A stretch of DNA of 64,000 nucleotides from an uncultured Lachnospiraceae bacterium. GTDB taxonomy: Bacteria > Bacillota > Clostridia > Lachnospirales > Lachnospiraceae. The translations under genes and the position numbers were made by a program. Under the pieces are notes generated by a model, which saw nothing but the letters and a program-made list of their open reading frames with translations, was not told where the DNA came from and searched no databases. Below, piece after piece: positions 30,178 to 40,272 of this stretch. The DNA lies in the NCBI GenBank assembly GCA_900546495.1, contig URDN01000005.1:16631-80630 (forward strand). Reading direction: 5' to 3'. Within the stretch, counting starts at the first letter, position 1. The number at the start of each line of letters is the position of its first letter.

Positions 30178-31818
30178 ATGATCAGTGCAAATAATGTAAC
30201 CTTACGAATTGGTAAAAAAGCGTTGTTTGAAGATGTAAATATCAAATTTACAGAGGGCAACTGCTACGGTCTGATCGGTGCCAACGGTGCCGGAAAATCA
30301 ACATTTTTAAAGATTTTAAGCGGACAGCTCGAACCTACAAACGGCGATATTTCCATCACTGCCGGCCAGAGACTTTCTTTTCTGCAGCAGGATCACTTCA
30401 AATACGATGCTTATACTGTACTTGATACTGTTATTATGGGAAACAAACGTCTGTATGAGATTATGAAAGAAAAAGATGCCATTTACATGAAAGAAGATTT
30501 CACAGACGAAGACGGTATCCGCGCCAGTGAACTTGAGGCAGAATTTGCTGATATGGACGGTTGGAACGCAGAATCCGATGCAGCTACTATGCTGAATGGT
30601 CTTGGAATCGACACAGAATTCCATTACGCTACCATGGGAGATCTGCCAGGTCCTATGAAAGTAAAAGTCCTGCTTGCACAGGCATTATTCGGGAATCCGG
30701 ATATTCTTCTTCTGGATGAGCCGACCAACAACTTAGATCTCGATGCCATTGCATGGTTGGAAGAATTCCTGATCAATTTTGAAAATACAGTCATTGTAGT
30801 ATCCCATGACCGTTATTTTTTAAACAAAGTTTGTACTCATATCGCTGATATCGATTATGCAAAAATTCAGCTTTATGCCGGAAACTACGATTTCTGGTAT
30901 GAATCCAGCCAGTTGATGGTAAAACAGATGAAAGAGGCAAATAAAAAGAAAGAGGAAAAAATCAAAGAATTGCAGGAGTTCATCTCCCGATTCTCTGCAA
31001 ACGCTTCCAAATCCAAACAGGCTACTTCCAGAAAGAAAGCTCTGGAGAAAATTCAGTTGGATGAGATCAAACCTTCCAGCCGTAAATATCCATACATCGA
31101 CTTCCGTCCATCCCGCGAGATCGGTAATGAAGTACTTCTGGTAGAAGGATTAAGCAAAACCATTGACGGTGTAAAAGTTCTGGATAACGTATCTTTTATC
31201 GTAAACCGTGAGGATAAAATTGCTTTTGTTGGAAGTAACGAACTTGCTAAAACTACTTTATTTAAGATCATCACAGGAGAAATGGAGCCGGATGAAGGAA
31301 CTTTCAAATGGGGTGTAACCACAAGCCAGTCTTACTTTCCAAAAGATAACACAAAAATCTTTGATACTGATCTGATCATCGTAGACTGGCTGACACAGTT
31401 CTCCGAGATCAAAGATGCAACTTACGTTCGCGGATTCCTTGGACGTATGCTCTTCCCAGGTGAAGATGGTGTTAAAAAAATGCGCGTACTCTCCGGCGGT
31501 GAGAAAGTTCGTGTACTCTTCTCCCGTATGATGATCGAAGCGTCTAATGTACTGATCCTGGATGAGCCGACTGACCACTTGGATATGGAGTCCATTACCG
31601 CATTGAACAATGGTCTGATCAAATTCCCGGGTGTACTGCTTTTCGCTTCCCGCGATCATCAGATTGTACAGACAACAGCTAACCGTATTATTGAGTTTAT
31701 GCCAAACGGTTCTATTATCGACAAGATTACCACATACGATGAATATCTGGAAAGCGATGAGATGGCCAGAAAACGTTCCGTGTATACAATGGCATCTTCT
31801 GACGAAGAAGATAATTAA
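30178..31818 (+). CDS. ABC-F family ATP-binding protein (YbiT/YkpA-like translation factor)
   Basis: Two NBDs (GANGAGKST, DEPTNNLD; LSGGEK, DEPTDHLD), linker RFSANASKSKQATSR, no TM segments. Confidence 0.92.
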   Translation: MISANNVTLRIGKKALFEDVNIKFTEGNCYGLIGANGAGKSTFLKILSGQLEPTNGDISITAGQRLSFLQQDHFKYDAYTVLDTVIMGNKRLYEIMKEKDAIYMKEDFTDEDGIRASELEAEFADMDGWNAESDAATMLNGLGIDTEFHYATMGDLPGPMKVKVLLAQALFGNPDILLLDEPTNNLDLDAIAWLEEFLINFENTVIVVSHDRYFLNKVCTHIADIDYAKIQLYAGNYDFWYESSQLMVKQMKEANKKKEEKIKELQEFISRFSANASKSKQATSRKKALEKIQLDEIKPSSRKYPYIDFRPSREIGNEVLLVEGLSKTIDGVKVLDNVSFIVNREDKIAFVGSNELAKTTLFKIITGEMEPDEGTFKWGVTTSQSYFPKDNTKIFDTDLIIVDWLTQFSEIKDATYVRGFLGRMLFPGEDGVKKMRVLSGGEKVRVLFSRMMIEASNVLILDEPTDHLDMESITALNNGLIKFPGVLLFASRDHQIVQTTANRIIEFMPNGSIIDKITTYDEYLESDEMARKRSVYTMASSDEEDN

Positions 31819-32033
31819 ATTCGCGTTTCAGATAGCTTAAAATTAACGGCTATATCTTAGTATTATAAAAGCGGACTCAGACAATTTTTTCTACTAATTA
31901 ACAATCATGAAAAATTGCTCTGTGCCCGCTATTTATGTATATATTTTTTAATTATATAGACTAATAATCACTCCTAAAATAATTGCCGGAGTTCTTAATT
32001 TACACCAAAGCATACAATTGACAGCCACGAAAG

Positions 32034-33485
32034 TCACAGATCCGAGTAAATCGTCGCGCTGTATCCCTGCTTCTTTTTACTCTCATACATTGCTTTGTCT
32101 GCATTTCTGTACAACTGATCGAAAGAAATATTTTCTGCGCCGTCGTAGAAACATGCACCTAAGCTGATTTCTACACGTTTTCCCTGCATCTCCGGAATAG
32201 CAATCTGTCCAATATTTTCAAAAAGTCTCTCAAAGAACTTCTCTGCTGACGATTGTTCCAGCATACCCGGCATAAAAATTGCGAATTCATCACCTCCCAG
32301 GCGTAGCAAAATATCGTTTTCCCGGCAGGATTTCTGTAAACTCTCTGCAACGGCGATGATAACGTCGTCGCCTACGGTGTGACCATATGTATCGTTTACC
32401 GCCTTGAATTTATCACAGTCAAGCAGGCAGAGCAAACCACCTGTTCTGTCCTGTAAAAACTCTACAATCCTTCTTTCGCCACTTCCGCGGTTACATAATC
32501 CTGTCATCAGATCCGTCTGCGCCAGATACAACAGGCGGTTCTCTCGCTTTTTCTCTTCATCGATAGACTCAATACAATAAAGCACATGTAAAAGTCTTCC
32601 CTCTTCATCATAATCTACAGGGATAAATCTGCTGCGGCACCAACATCTTCGTTTATCTATAAATTCATGTATGATACTGGTTTTTCTGTGGAGCCGTTTT
32701 TCCACCGTACCGAGATTTATAAACTCCAAAGTTTCCTCAAGATAAGGCTCTATGCATATTTTGTCTGCAATGCGTCTGATATGTCCACAAAAATCATCCC
32801 AGATCTCGTATTTTCCTACTTTTCTTACCGCTGTTTCCATATATCTGTCAAACTGCGATGATATCTTTACAATATGATATCTGCCAGTCTGCACATTAAT
32901 ATAATACATAGATTCGTAAATCTTTGAAAGCGCGGAATAACTGCTGAGCTTTGCCAGTTTATTCGCCTTTCTAAAGGAATTACGCATTTTCAAAAGTGAA
33001 GTGAGAAGCGTTCCGATCATATCCAGAAAAGAGGTAAGTGCCCTGTAATCACTTCTTGGAGGATTATCCACACCAAAAAATCCCCTGATCTCATCTTTAT
33101 AATATAAAGGGCATACCACTACATTTTTTACATTTTGTGCCCTTAACATTTCATAGGATGTACGATGCTCTTCCTTGAGTTCTTCCACATCGGTGATGAT
33201 CACACTTTCCCCTCTGGCAAATGTTTCATACCACCAGTCTATGATATCCATATCTACCTTCTGTAATTCATCGATTGCAGGAATGATCCCATCCGCACAC
33301 CATTCATAGGTATTGTCTGTGGCATGCCGTTCCTCACAATCCTCAAAAATATATATTCTGTCAGAGCCGATATGTTTTCCAAAAAAGCCGATAAATTCGT
33401 TGATCTGCTCATCTGGTGTATCGTAATTAAGCGCTGATCTGAGTGCTTCATTTATAACCAGCTCATATTTCATGATTGTTTTCAT
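32034..33485 (-). CDS. Diguanylate cyclase (GAF - PAS-like - GGDEF)
   Basis: GAF-like N-terminus (DRIYIFE, YEWC, GFFGVDNP); DLMTGLCNR, DCDKFKAVNDTYGH, RLGGDEF, ADKAMY. Confidence 0.9.
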   Translation of the reverse strand: MKTIMKYELVINEALRSALNYDTPDEQINEFIGFFGKHIGSDRIYIFEDCEERHATDNTYEWCADGIIPAIDELQKVDMDIIDWWYETFARGESVIITDVEELKEEHRTSYEMLRAQNVKNVVVCPLYYKDEIRGFFGVDNPPRSDYRALTSFLDMIGTLLTSLLKMRNSFRKANKLAKLSSYSALSKIYESMYYINVQTGRYHIVKISSQFDRYMETAVRKVGKYEIWDDFCGHIRRIADKICIEPYLEETLEFINLGTVEKRLHRKTSIIHEFIDKRRCWCRSRFIPVDYDEEGRLLHVLYCIESIDEEKKRENRLLYLAQTDLMTGLCNRGSGERRIVEFLQDRTGGLLCLLDCDKFKAVNDTYGHTVGDDVIIAVAESLQKSCRENDILLRLGGDEFAIFMPGMLEQSSAEKFFERLFENIGQIAIPEMQGKRVEISLGACFYDGAENISFDQLYRNADKAMYESKKKQGYSATIYSDL

Positions 33486-33879
33486 TTGTATTTATCCCTT
33501 TGTATGTTTTTCGGCATCCGCTGTAAAACATTTATTTTATAATAATCAACCATATATACAGTGTCAACTAGAGATGAATATTGTTTTTGTTTAATAATTT
33601 CATATTTTTTACTGAAAAAAGAGGAACAATAATCCCGATTCCACGTACTCACATGAACCCGGGATTGTTCTATAAGTTGTAACATCTTCAAGCAATGCTT
33701 TGCTTTTCCTGCCGGAAGAACTATTACTCTCTCTAAACTCCATGATAAACCTCAGTTTTGTACAAACTTAAATTACTAAAAAATCGAAGAATGCTTCCAC
33801 AATAACCATCAAAATGGAAGAATTCTTCGATTTCGTATTAGTTTCTAAAATATATTAATTTTTCTCAAAAAGAATTCCA

Positions 33880-34689
33880 TCAGGAAAACTTCTCAATAAC
33901 TTCTGTCACGCCATCTTCGTTATTATTGTGCTCCGTGACATAATCCGCAGCATCTTTCACAATCTGCAGCGCATTTTTCATTGCCACACCCACACCGGCA
34001 TTTCGGATCATGCTGATATCATTCTCCTCATCTCCGACAGCAACCGCATTTTCAATCGGTACACCAAGGAAATCACACAGAAACTCAACGCCGTATCCTT
34101 TATTTGCCCCCAGCGGACAATACTCCAGATATTCTTTGCAGGAGAAAAAGCTGCTGCACTTTCCTTTCTCCCACTCTGCATGTGCCTGCTGAAATGCTTC
34201 CAGCCGCTCCTTGTGATCCAGATCGATCAGAAGCATTTTCGGCGGTTCTTCATACAGCATACTGTTCAGATTTCCGGTGATCCTGCATGGCATTCCGGTC
34301 TTTTTCACGTAAAAGTTAAGTTCTTTATCGCGCTCTCTTGAAAGCACCTGTGTCTCAGAATAGGTCTGAATATGTATACCGGCTTCTGTCGCCTCCCGCA
34401 ACAGATATTCGGCATATTCAATCGGCAGACGCCTGTTGCTTAAGATACAATCTGCTGAAAAATCATAGATCGTTCCTCCATTGTATGCTACCAGATAACA
34501 GCCCGGACGTGTTAATCCAAGTTCTTTTGCAATTCTCCGACCGCTGCTGACAGCCCGGCCGGTCGCAAGGGCGATATAATGTCCCTGATCCACAGCATTC
34601 CGCAGTGCTTTCCGATTTTTATCTGAAATCGTTTTATCATCCCGCATTAATGTTCCGTCAAAATCAATAAAGAATATCTTTTTTTCCAT
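33880..34689 (-). CDS. Cof-type HAD-IIB family hydrolase
   Basis: DFDGTL, ATGR, NKG, GDEENDISM, GVAMKNA. Confidence 0.93.
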   Translation of the reverse strand: MEKKIFFIDFDGTLMRDDKTISDKNRKALRNAVDQGHYIALATGRAVSSGRRIAKELGLTRPGCYLVAYNGGTIYDFSADCILSNRRLPIEYAEYLLREATEAGIHIQTYSETQVLSRERDKELNFYVKKTGMPCRITGNLNSMLYEEPPKMLLIDLDHKERLEAFQQAHAEWEKGKCSSFFSCKEYLEYCPLGANKGYGVEFLCDFLGVPIENAVAVGDEENDISMIRNAGVGVAMKNALQIVKDAADYVTEHNNNEDGVTEVIEKFS

Positions 34690-34761
34690 ACAACTGGCCT
34701 CCCACGATCTCTCCCTGTTTTTCCTTATCAGTATAATTGTATCATAGTTTCCATTTTGTTA

Positions 34762-35625
34762 CTATCTGTAATTTCCCAAAATTTTAAAATTCCGGGCTTC
34801 ATCCCGCAGGCCAAGCACTGCATTTTTGATCGCACTGTCATTCAGATTGCCGCTCAGATCCATGAAAAATCGATAATCCAACGGATTTTTAGAAATAACA
34901 ATTGACTCAATACGGTTCATATTTAAGTTATTATAAGTCAGATGAGACATCAAATGATATAATGAACCGCAGGCATCTGGCGCCTCAAAGCAAATGCTGA
35001 TCTTGTCCGCACCGCTCAAAGTCACGCGGTCTTTGGAGATCAGCAGATAGCGGTCCTTTGGCTGCGGGCTTGTCTCATATTCTTCCAGAATGTAAAAACC
35101 ATACTCTGCCACCATATTGTAATTGGCAGATACATAACCGGATGTCGGATCCTGCATCGGAAGAAAAGCAAAATTAACTTCTTCCCGCTGTAAGACTTCG
35201 CAGGCTTCCCGCCAATCCGCGCATTTCTGCAGACCGCACTCTTCCGGGAAATAACTTTTTGCCGCTTCTTCGGAAGTTGGAATAAAAGCTGCTGCCGCAT
35301 GGGTAAAATCAAGTTCTTTTACTTCCACAAACCCGGTCGGTGCAAATTTTCCGTGCTCTGTCAGAAGCTGATACTGCCGCTTTCTGCTGACAGACATAAT
35401 GTGCTCAAATAATTCTCTGACACCATGACTATTAAAATCAGAATGTGCCAGACCAGCTACGGAATCTAATTTTGACACCTCACGCGCTTTATCAAATACT
35501 GCCTTTCCGGTGGAAATTTTGTATTCTGCCACCTGGGTGGTCAGTACCATACGGTTTTCAAATAATTCCACAATCTGACGGTCAATGCCGTCAATCTCCT
35601 TTCGAATATCCAGTAAATCTTTCAT
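34762..35625 (-). CDS. PheA-derived chorismate mutase - degenerate prephenate dehydratase - ACT protein
   Basis: AroQ-type CM N-terminus (RKEIDGIDRQIVELFENRM..YK..VFDKARE); C-terminal ACT (GSLYH..NMNRIES..YRFFMD..KILGNY); middle PDT region shortened. Confidence 0.85.
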   Translation of the reverse strand: MKDLLDIRKEIDGIDRQIVELFENRMVLTTQVAEYKISTGKAVFDKAREVSKLDSVAGLAHSDFNSHGVRELFEHIMSVSRKRQYQLLTEHGKFAPTGFVEVKELDFTHAAAAFIPTSEEAAKSYFPEECGLQKCADWREACEVLQREEVNFAFLPMQDPTSGYVSANYNMVAEYGFYILEEYETSPQPKDRYLLISKDRVTLSGADKISICFEAPDACGSLYHLMSHLTYNNLNMNRIESIVISKNPLDYRFFMDLSGNLNDSAIKNAVLGLRDEARNFKILGNYR

Positions 35626-35656
35626 CTGCCTTACTCCTTACGTTCACCAATTTTAT

Positions 35657-35691
35657 GTAAAGCGGACATTTGCAATCCGCTTTCTCATGAA
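35657..35691 (+). repeat. Family A short, internally deleted copy
   Basis: GTAAAGCGGACATTTGCAATCCGCTTTC-TCATGAA; lacks the GCTACTTGC segment present in the long copies. Confidence 0.88.
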
Positions 35692-35699
35692 TAATACCC

Positions 35700-38600
35700 T
35701 TACAGATCAAACAATGACAACTGATTGGATTCCGGAAGATCTGATAAGATTCCCAGATCCACCATCAGATCGATCACCGTCTTGCTGACTTTTGTACGCT
35801 GCCGGAAATCATCCCTTGAGAGGAATTTTCCGTCTTTTGCCGCTTCTACCACTGCATCTGCTGCTTTGTCTCCCAGACCGTCAATGGTACTGATGGAAGG
35901 CATCAGTTTATTATCAATAATCTGAAAATGATGTGCTTTTGCTTTATAAAGGTCAATCGGTAAAAACTCAAATCCGCGGGCATACATTTCCTGTACGATA
36001 CGCATATCCTTATAAGTATCCTGCTCTTTTTTGGACAGGGTATCTTTTCGCCGTTCATAATCATGCATGAAATATTCCAGACGTTCTTTTCCCTGACACA
36101 TTAGCTCATAGTTAAAGGATGTGGCACGAATACTGAAAAATGCTGCATAATAAGCCAGCGGATAAAATACCTTACACCATGCGATTCTCCACGCCATCAT
36201 AACATATGCTGCCGCATGAGCCTTCGGGAACATGTACTTGATTTTTTCACAGGACCACACATACCAGTCCGGCACACCGTGATCCAGCATATCCTGCTTA
36301 TATTCCGGCCATTCTTTACATTTTCCATTGGCAACGGCACCTTTTCGTACACGCTCCATAATGGTAAATGCTTCCTCACTGTCCAGCCCTTTACCAATCA
36401 GATACGTCATGATATCGTCACGAGTACAGATTGCCGTGGAAATCGTTGCTTTTCCTTCCTGAATCAAGGTCTGGGCGTTTCCAAGCCATACGTCTGTTCC
36501 ATGGGACAGACCTGCGATTCTGACCAGATCCGAAAATGCCTGTGGTTTGGTATCAATCAACATCTGCATAGCGAAATCGGTACCAAATTCCGGGATTCCA
36601 AGAGCTCCCAGCTTACAGCCGCCGATATCTTCCGGCTCGATGCCAAGAGCTGAGGTATTCTGGAATAAGGACATGACTTCCGGGCTGTCCAGTGGAATCG
36701 TCTGCGGATCCACACCGGTCAGGTCCTGAAGCATACGGATCATGGTCGGATCATCATGTCCGAGAATATCAAGTTTTAACAGGTTGTGGTCAATGGAATG
36801 GTAATCAAAATGCGTCGTGATGATGTCCGTTGTCATATCGTTGGCCGGATGCTGCACCGGCGTAAAAGAATAAATATTTTCACCCAACGGAAGTACGATG
36901 ATTCCACCCGGATGCTGACCGGTGGTACGTCGCACACCGACGCATCCCTGCACGATTCGGTCAATCTCACAGTTTCGTTTATGAACACCACGTTCCTCGT
37001 AATAATTTTTTACATATCCAAAAGCCGTCTTGTCTGCCAGAGTACCAATGGTTCCCGCACGGAACGTCTGACCGTCGCCGAAAATAACCTCGGTGTATTT
37101 ATGCGCCTTACTCTGGTAATCACCGGAGAAGTTCAGATCGATATCAGGCTCTTTATTTCCCTTAAATCCAAGGAACGTCTCAAACGGAATATCAAAACCT
37201 TCCTTGATCAGCTTCTGTCCACAGTGCGGACAGTTACGGTCCGGCATATCACAACCGGCTTTTCCGGCGTAGCTTTTTACCAGATCCGAATCAAAATCCA
37301 CATAATGACAGTTATTACAGATATAATGCGGACTTAACGGATTTACCTCCGTGATACCTGCCATCGTGGCTACAAAGGAAGATCCTACGGAACCACGGGA
37401 ACCTACCAGATAACCGTCCTCATTGGATTTCCACACCAGTTTCTGCGCAATAATATACATTACGGCGAATCCGTTGGAAATAATGGAATTCAGCTCACGT
37501 TCCAGCCGCTCAACAACCACCGGCGGCAGTTCTTCCCCGTAAATCTCATGGGCTCTCGTATAACAGATTTCACGCAGCATGCCATCGGAATTTTCGATGA
37601 CAGGTGGACACTTGTCCGGTCTGACCGGTGAGATTTTCTCACACATATTTGCAATTTTATTTGTATTTTCAATGACAACTTCTTCCGCTTTTTCACTGCC
37701 AAGGTATTCGAATTCCTTCAGCATTTCCTCTGTGGTGCGCAGAAAAAGCGGAGCCTGATCGTCTGCATCCTTGAAGCCCTTGCCTGCCATAATGATCCGG
37801 CGGTATACTTCATCCTCCGGATCCAGGAAATGTACGTCACAGGTTGCCACAACCAGCTTGTTAAACTGCTCGCCAAGTTCCACGATCTGACGGTTGATAT
37901 CTTTCAGATCTTCTTCTGATTCCACCGGTTCCTTGTCAGTGCGCAGCATAAACGCATTGTTTCCCAGCGGCTGAATCTCCAGATAATCATAAAACTGTAC
38001 GATCCGGGCTACTTCTTCCTGAGAACTTCCACGCAGCAACGTACGGTATAACTCTCCTGCCTCGCAGGCAGAACCAAGCAGAATCCCTTCCCGGTATTTC
38101 ATAAATTCACTTTTTGGAATCTTCGGACGCCGGTTATAATATTTGATATGAGAATCCGATACTAGTCGATACAAGTTCACACGTCCGATATCATTCTGCG
38201 CCAGCATGATTGCATGATAACTTGGCATTTTTCGAATGGTTTCTTCGGTATAACTCTCCATCTGGTCTAAGTCTTCCATGGTTTCTACGCCACGGTTCCG
38301 CAGCATCTCCACCAGTTTGACAAAAATTTCTGCTGTACACGCCGCATCATCTACCGCACGATGGTGGTGTGCCAGTGATATGTTCAGTGCTTTCGCTACC
38401 GTATCCAGTTTGAATCGGTTCAGTGACGGAAGCAGAACACGGGATAACGCTACTGTATCCAGAACCGTCTTTTCACAATCCAGTCCAAGTGCACTGCAGT
38501 TGTACTTGATAAAACTCATATCAAAGTCCGCATTATGTGCAACCATAACCGCATCCTGACAAAAATCCATAAACTTTGGTAAAATTTCGTCAATGACCGG

Positions 38601-40268
38601 TGCATCCAGCACCATATCGTCGTTGATGCTGGTCAACTGCTCGATTTCAAACGGAATCGGCACTTTCGGATTAACAAAAGTGGAAAAGCGCTGCGCAATG
38701 GAACCGTTTACGACTTTTACCGCACCAATCTCAATAATCTGGTTTTTGGATGGACTAAATCCGGTAGTCTCCAGGTCAAATACCACGAACGTATCCGCAA
38801 AGGACTGTCCCATCGGATGTTCTACCAGACCTTTCAGATCGTCCACAAGATACGCTTCCATACCGTAAATAATCTTGAAATCATCATCTTTGCCAATGGC
38901 ATGGTTTGCATCCGGAAATGCCTGCACATCTCCGTGATCTGTAATGGCAATGGCTTTGTGTCCCCATTTCATGGCTCGTTTGATGATGTCTTTGACATCG
39001 GAAACACCATCCATATCACTCATTTTTGTATGACAATGCAATTCCACTCGTTTCACCGGGCTGGTATCCATACGGGTGGATACAAAAGATGGAATCTTTT
39101 TAATGCCAATGACCGAACCGATAGTCAGTTCACTGTCAAAACGGTCAATGGTTGTTACACCTTTGATCTTCAAAAATGCCCCTTTCGCAACGCCACCATC
39201 TTTAATTTCATTCAGATACTCATTTTTGCAGAACATTTTCACCATGATCGTATCAGTAAAGTCTGTAATGGAAAACATCAGAATCGTTTTTTCACCACGG
39301 ATTGGGCGCTCATCCATAGACAGAATCTGTCCTCGAATAACAACTTCTCCCATCTCTCCCATGATCTGTTCGATACGGATTGCTTCTTCCTCGAAGTCAC
39401 GGCCATAGATTACATCCGGATTATCGGATTTTTTATAAGAACCACGATCCCGGAAATCCCGTTTTCCACCAAAGTTTTTTTTGAAACCACCGCGTTCTTC
39501 CTGTTTTGCAGGCTTTTTCTCTGCCGCCGCAGGGGATTCCTTTTTGGCAACTGCTGCTCTTTTTGACTTCTTTTCTGCTGTTTCTTTTGCAGATTCTACT
39601 GCTGAATTGCCTGTCTCCCACGGCACTTCCGATGCGCCTGCTTCATTAGTTTCCATATATTCGCCTTCCATCTGACGCTTCGCGCCAAAGCTGGAAAGAC
39701 GGATGACATTTTCCACTTCATTCTGCATCTTGATATCTGCGTTTTTTCGATATTTAGACGCTTCTTTTTCATGAAACTCCATCTCAATCTGAATTGATAG
39801 ATTGCAGCGCTCATTAAAAATTTTCTCCAGAATGTGATAAATTTCTTCTTCTTTCTGATGCGCCAGAACGGTATCTTCCAGGCTGACACACAATACCTTT
39901 TCCTCCACCACGTCTAATTTTGCATGACGCAGCAGATTGTACTCCAACAGACTGTAACGGTGAAATTCTGTCAGAATACTGTTCCAATACACATCCAGCA
40001 GATTTTTCAAAGTGTACTGCTCGGACAACTGAAATTTTTCAATGATCTTGATGTTCATCACATGCTGTGGAAAAAGCTGCCGTTTCAACTCATCCTCCAG
40101 AAAATATACTTTTTCTTTTGGCAAAAGTCGGCCGCATCCCAGATAAATGCGCAGGGAATTTCTCTGTCTCGTTGTGGAAACCTTCGAAACTGTGGCATCA
40201 TCCAGCATGCCCTGCAGATCTGTATCCAGTTTTAATTGTGGAAATACCTCAAAAAAGCTTTTTGCCAT
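35700..40268 (-). CDS. polC: DNA polymerase III PolC-type alpha subunit
   Basis: PHP (ELHCHTKMS, AITDHG), embedded exonuclease (VFDLETTG, HRAVDDA), GSRGSVGSS, PDIDLNFS, YMFPKAHA, C-terminal QLSLF clamp motif. Confidence 0.98.
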   Translation of the reverse strand: MAKSFFEVFPQLKLDTDLQGMLDDATVSKVSTTRQRNSLRIYLGCGRLLPKEKVYFLEDELKRQLFPQHVMNIKIIEKFQLSEQYTLKNLLDVYWNSILTEFHRYSLLEYNLLRHAKLDVVEEKVLCVSLEDTVLAHQKEEEIYHILEKIFNERCNLSIQIEMEFHEKEASKYRKNADIKMQNEVENVIRLSSFGAKRQMEGEYMETNEAGASEVPWETGNSAVESAKETAEKKSKRAAVAKKESPAAAEKKPAKQEERGGFKKNFGGKRDFRDRGSYKKSDNPDVIYGRDFEEEAIRIEQIMGEMGEVVIRGQILSMDERPIRGEKTILMFSITDFTDTIMVKMFCKNEYLNEIKDGGVAKGAFLKIKGVTTIDRFDSELTIGSVIGIKKIPSFVSTRMDTSPVKRVELHCHTKMSDMDGVSDVKDIIKRAMKWGHKAIAITDHGDVQAFPDANHAIGKDDDFKIIYGMEAYLVDDLKGLVEHPMGQSFADTFVVFDLETTGFSPSKNQIIEIGAVKVVNGSIAQRFSTFVNPKVPIPFEIEQLTSINDDMVLDAPVIDEILPKFMDFCQDAVMVAHNADFDMSFIKYNCSALGLDCEKTVLDTVALSRVLLPSLNRFKLDTVAKALNISLAHHHRAVDDAACTAEIFVKLVEMLRNRGVETMEDLDQMESYTEETIRKMPSYHAIMLAQNDIGRVNLYRLVSDSHIKYYNRRPKIPKSEFMKYREGILLGSACEAGELYRTLLRGSSQEEVARIVQFYDYLEIQPLGNNAFMLRTDKEPVESEEDLKDINRQIVELGEQFNKLVVATCDVHFLDPEDEVYRRIIMAGKGFKDADDQAPLFLRTTEEMLKEFEYLGSEKAEEVVIENTNKIANMCEKISPVRPDKCPPVIENSDGMLREICYTRAHEIYGEELPPVVVERLERELNSIISNGFAVMYIIAQKLVWKSNEDGYLVGSRGSVGSSFVATMAGITEVNPLSPHYICNNCHYVDFDSDLVKSYAGKAGCDMPDRNCPHCGQKLIKEGFDIPFETFLGFKGNKEPDIDLNFSGDYQSKAHKYTEVIFGDGQTFRAGTIGTLADKTAFGYVKNYYEERGVHKRNCEIDRIVQGCVGVRRTTGQHPGGIIVLPLGENIYSFTPVQHPANDMTTDIITTHFDYHSIDHNLLKLDILGHDDPTMIRMLQDLTGVDPQTIPLDSPEVMSLFQNTSALGIEPEDIGGCKLGALGIPEFGTDFAMQMLIDTKPQAFSDLVRIAGLSHGTDVWLGNAQTLIQEGKATISTAICTRDDIMTYLIGKGLDSEEAFTIMERVRKGAVANGKCKEWPEYKQDMLDHGVPDWYVWSCEKIKYMFPKAHAAAYVMMAWRIAWCKVFYPLAYYAAFFSIRATSFNYELMCQGKERLEYFMHDYERRKDTLSKKEQDTYKDMRIVQEMYARGFEFLPIDLYKAKAHHFQIIDNKLMPSISTIDGLGDKAADAVVEAAKDGKFLSRDDFRQRTKVSKTVIDLMVDLGILSDLPESNQLSLFDL

Positions 40269-40272
40269 TTAT

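Noticed and set aside
33482..33691. 69-aa ORF upstream of the diguanylate cyclase
   Set aside because: It overlaps an AT-rich promoter-like region (TTGACA..TATTAT) and a hairpin, with no RBS or motif.
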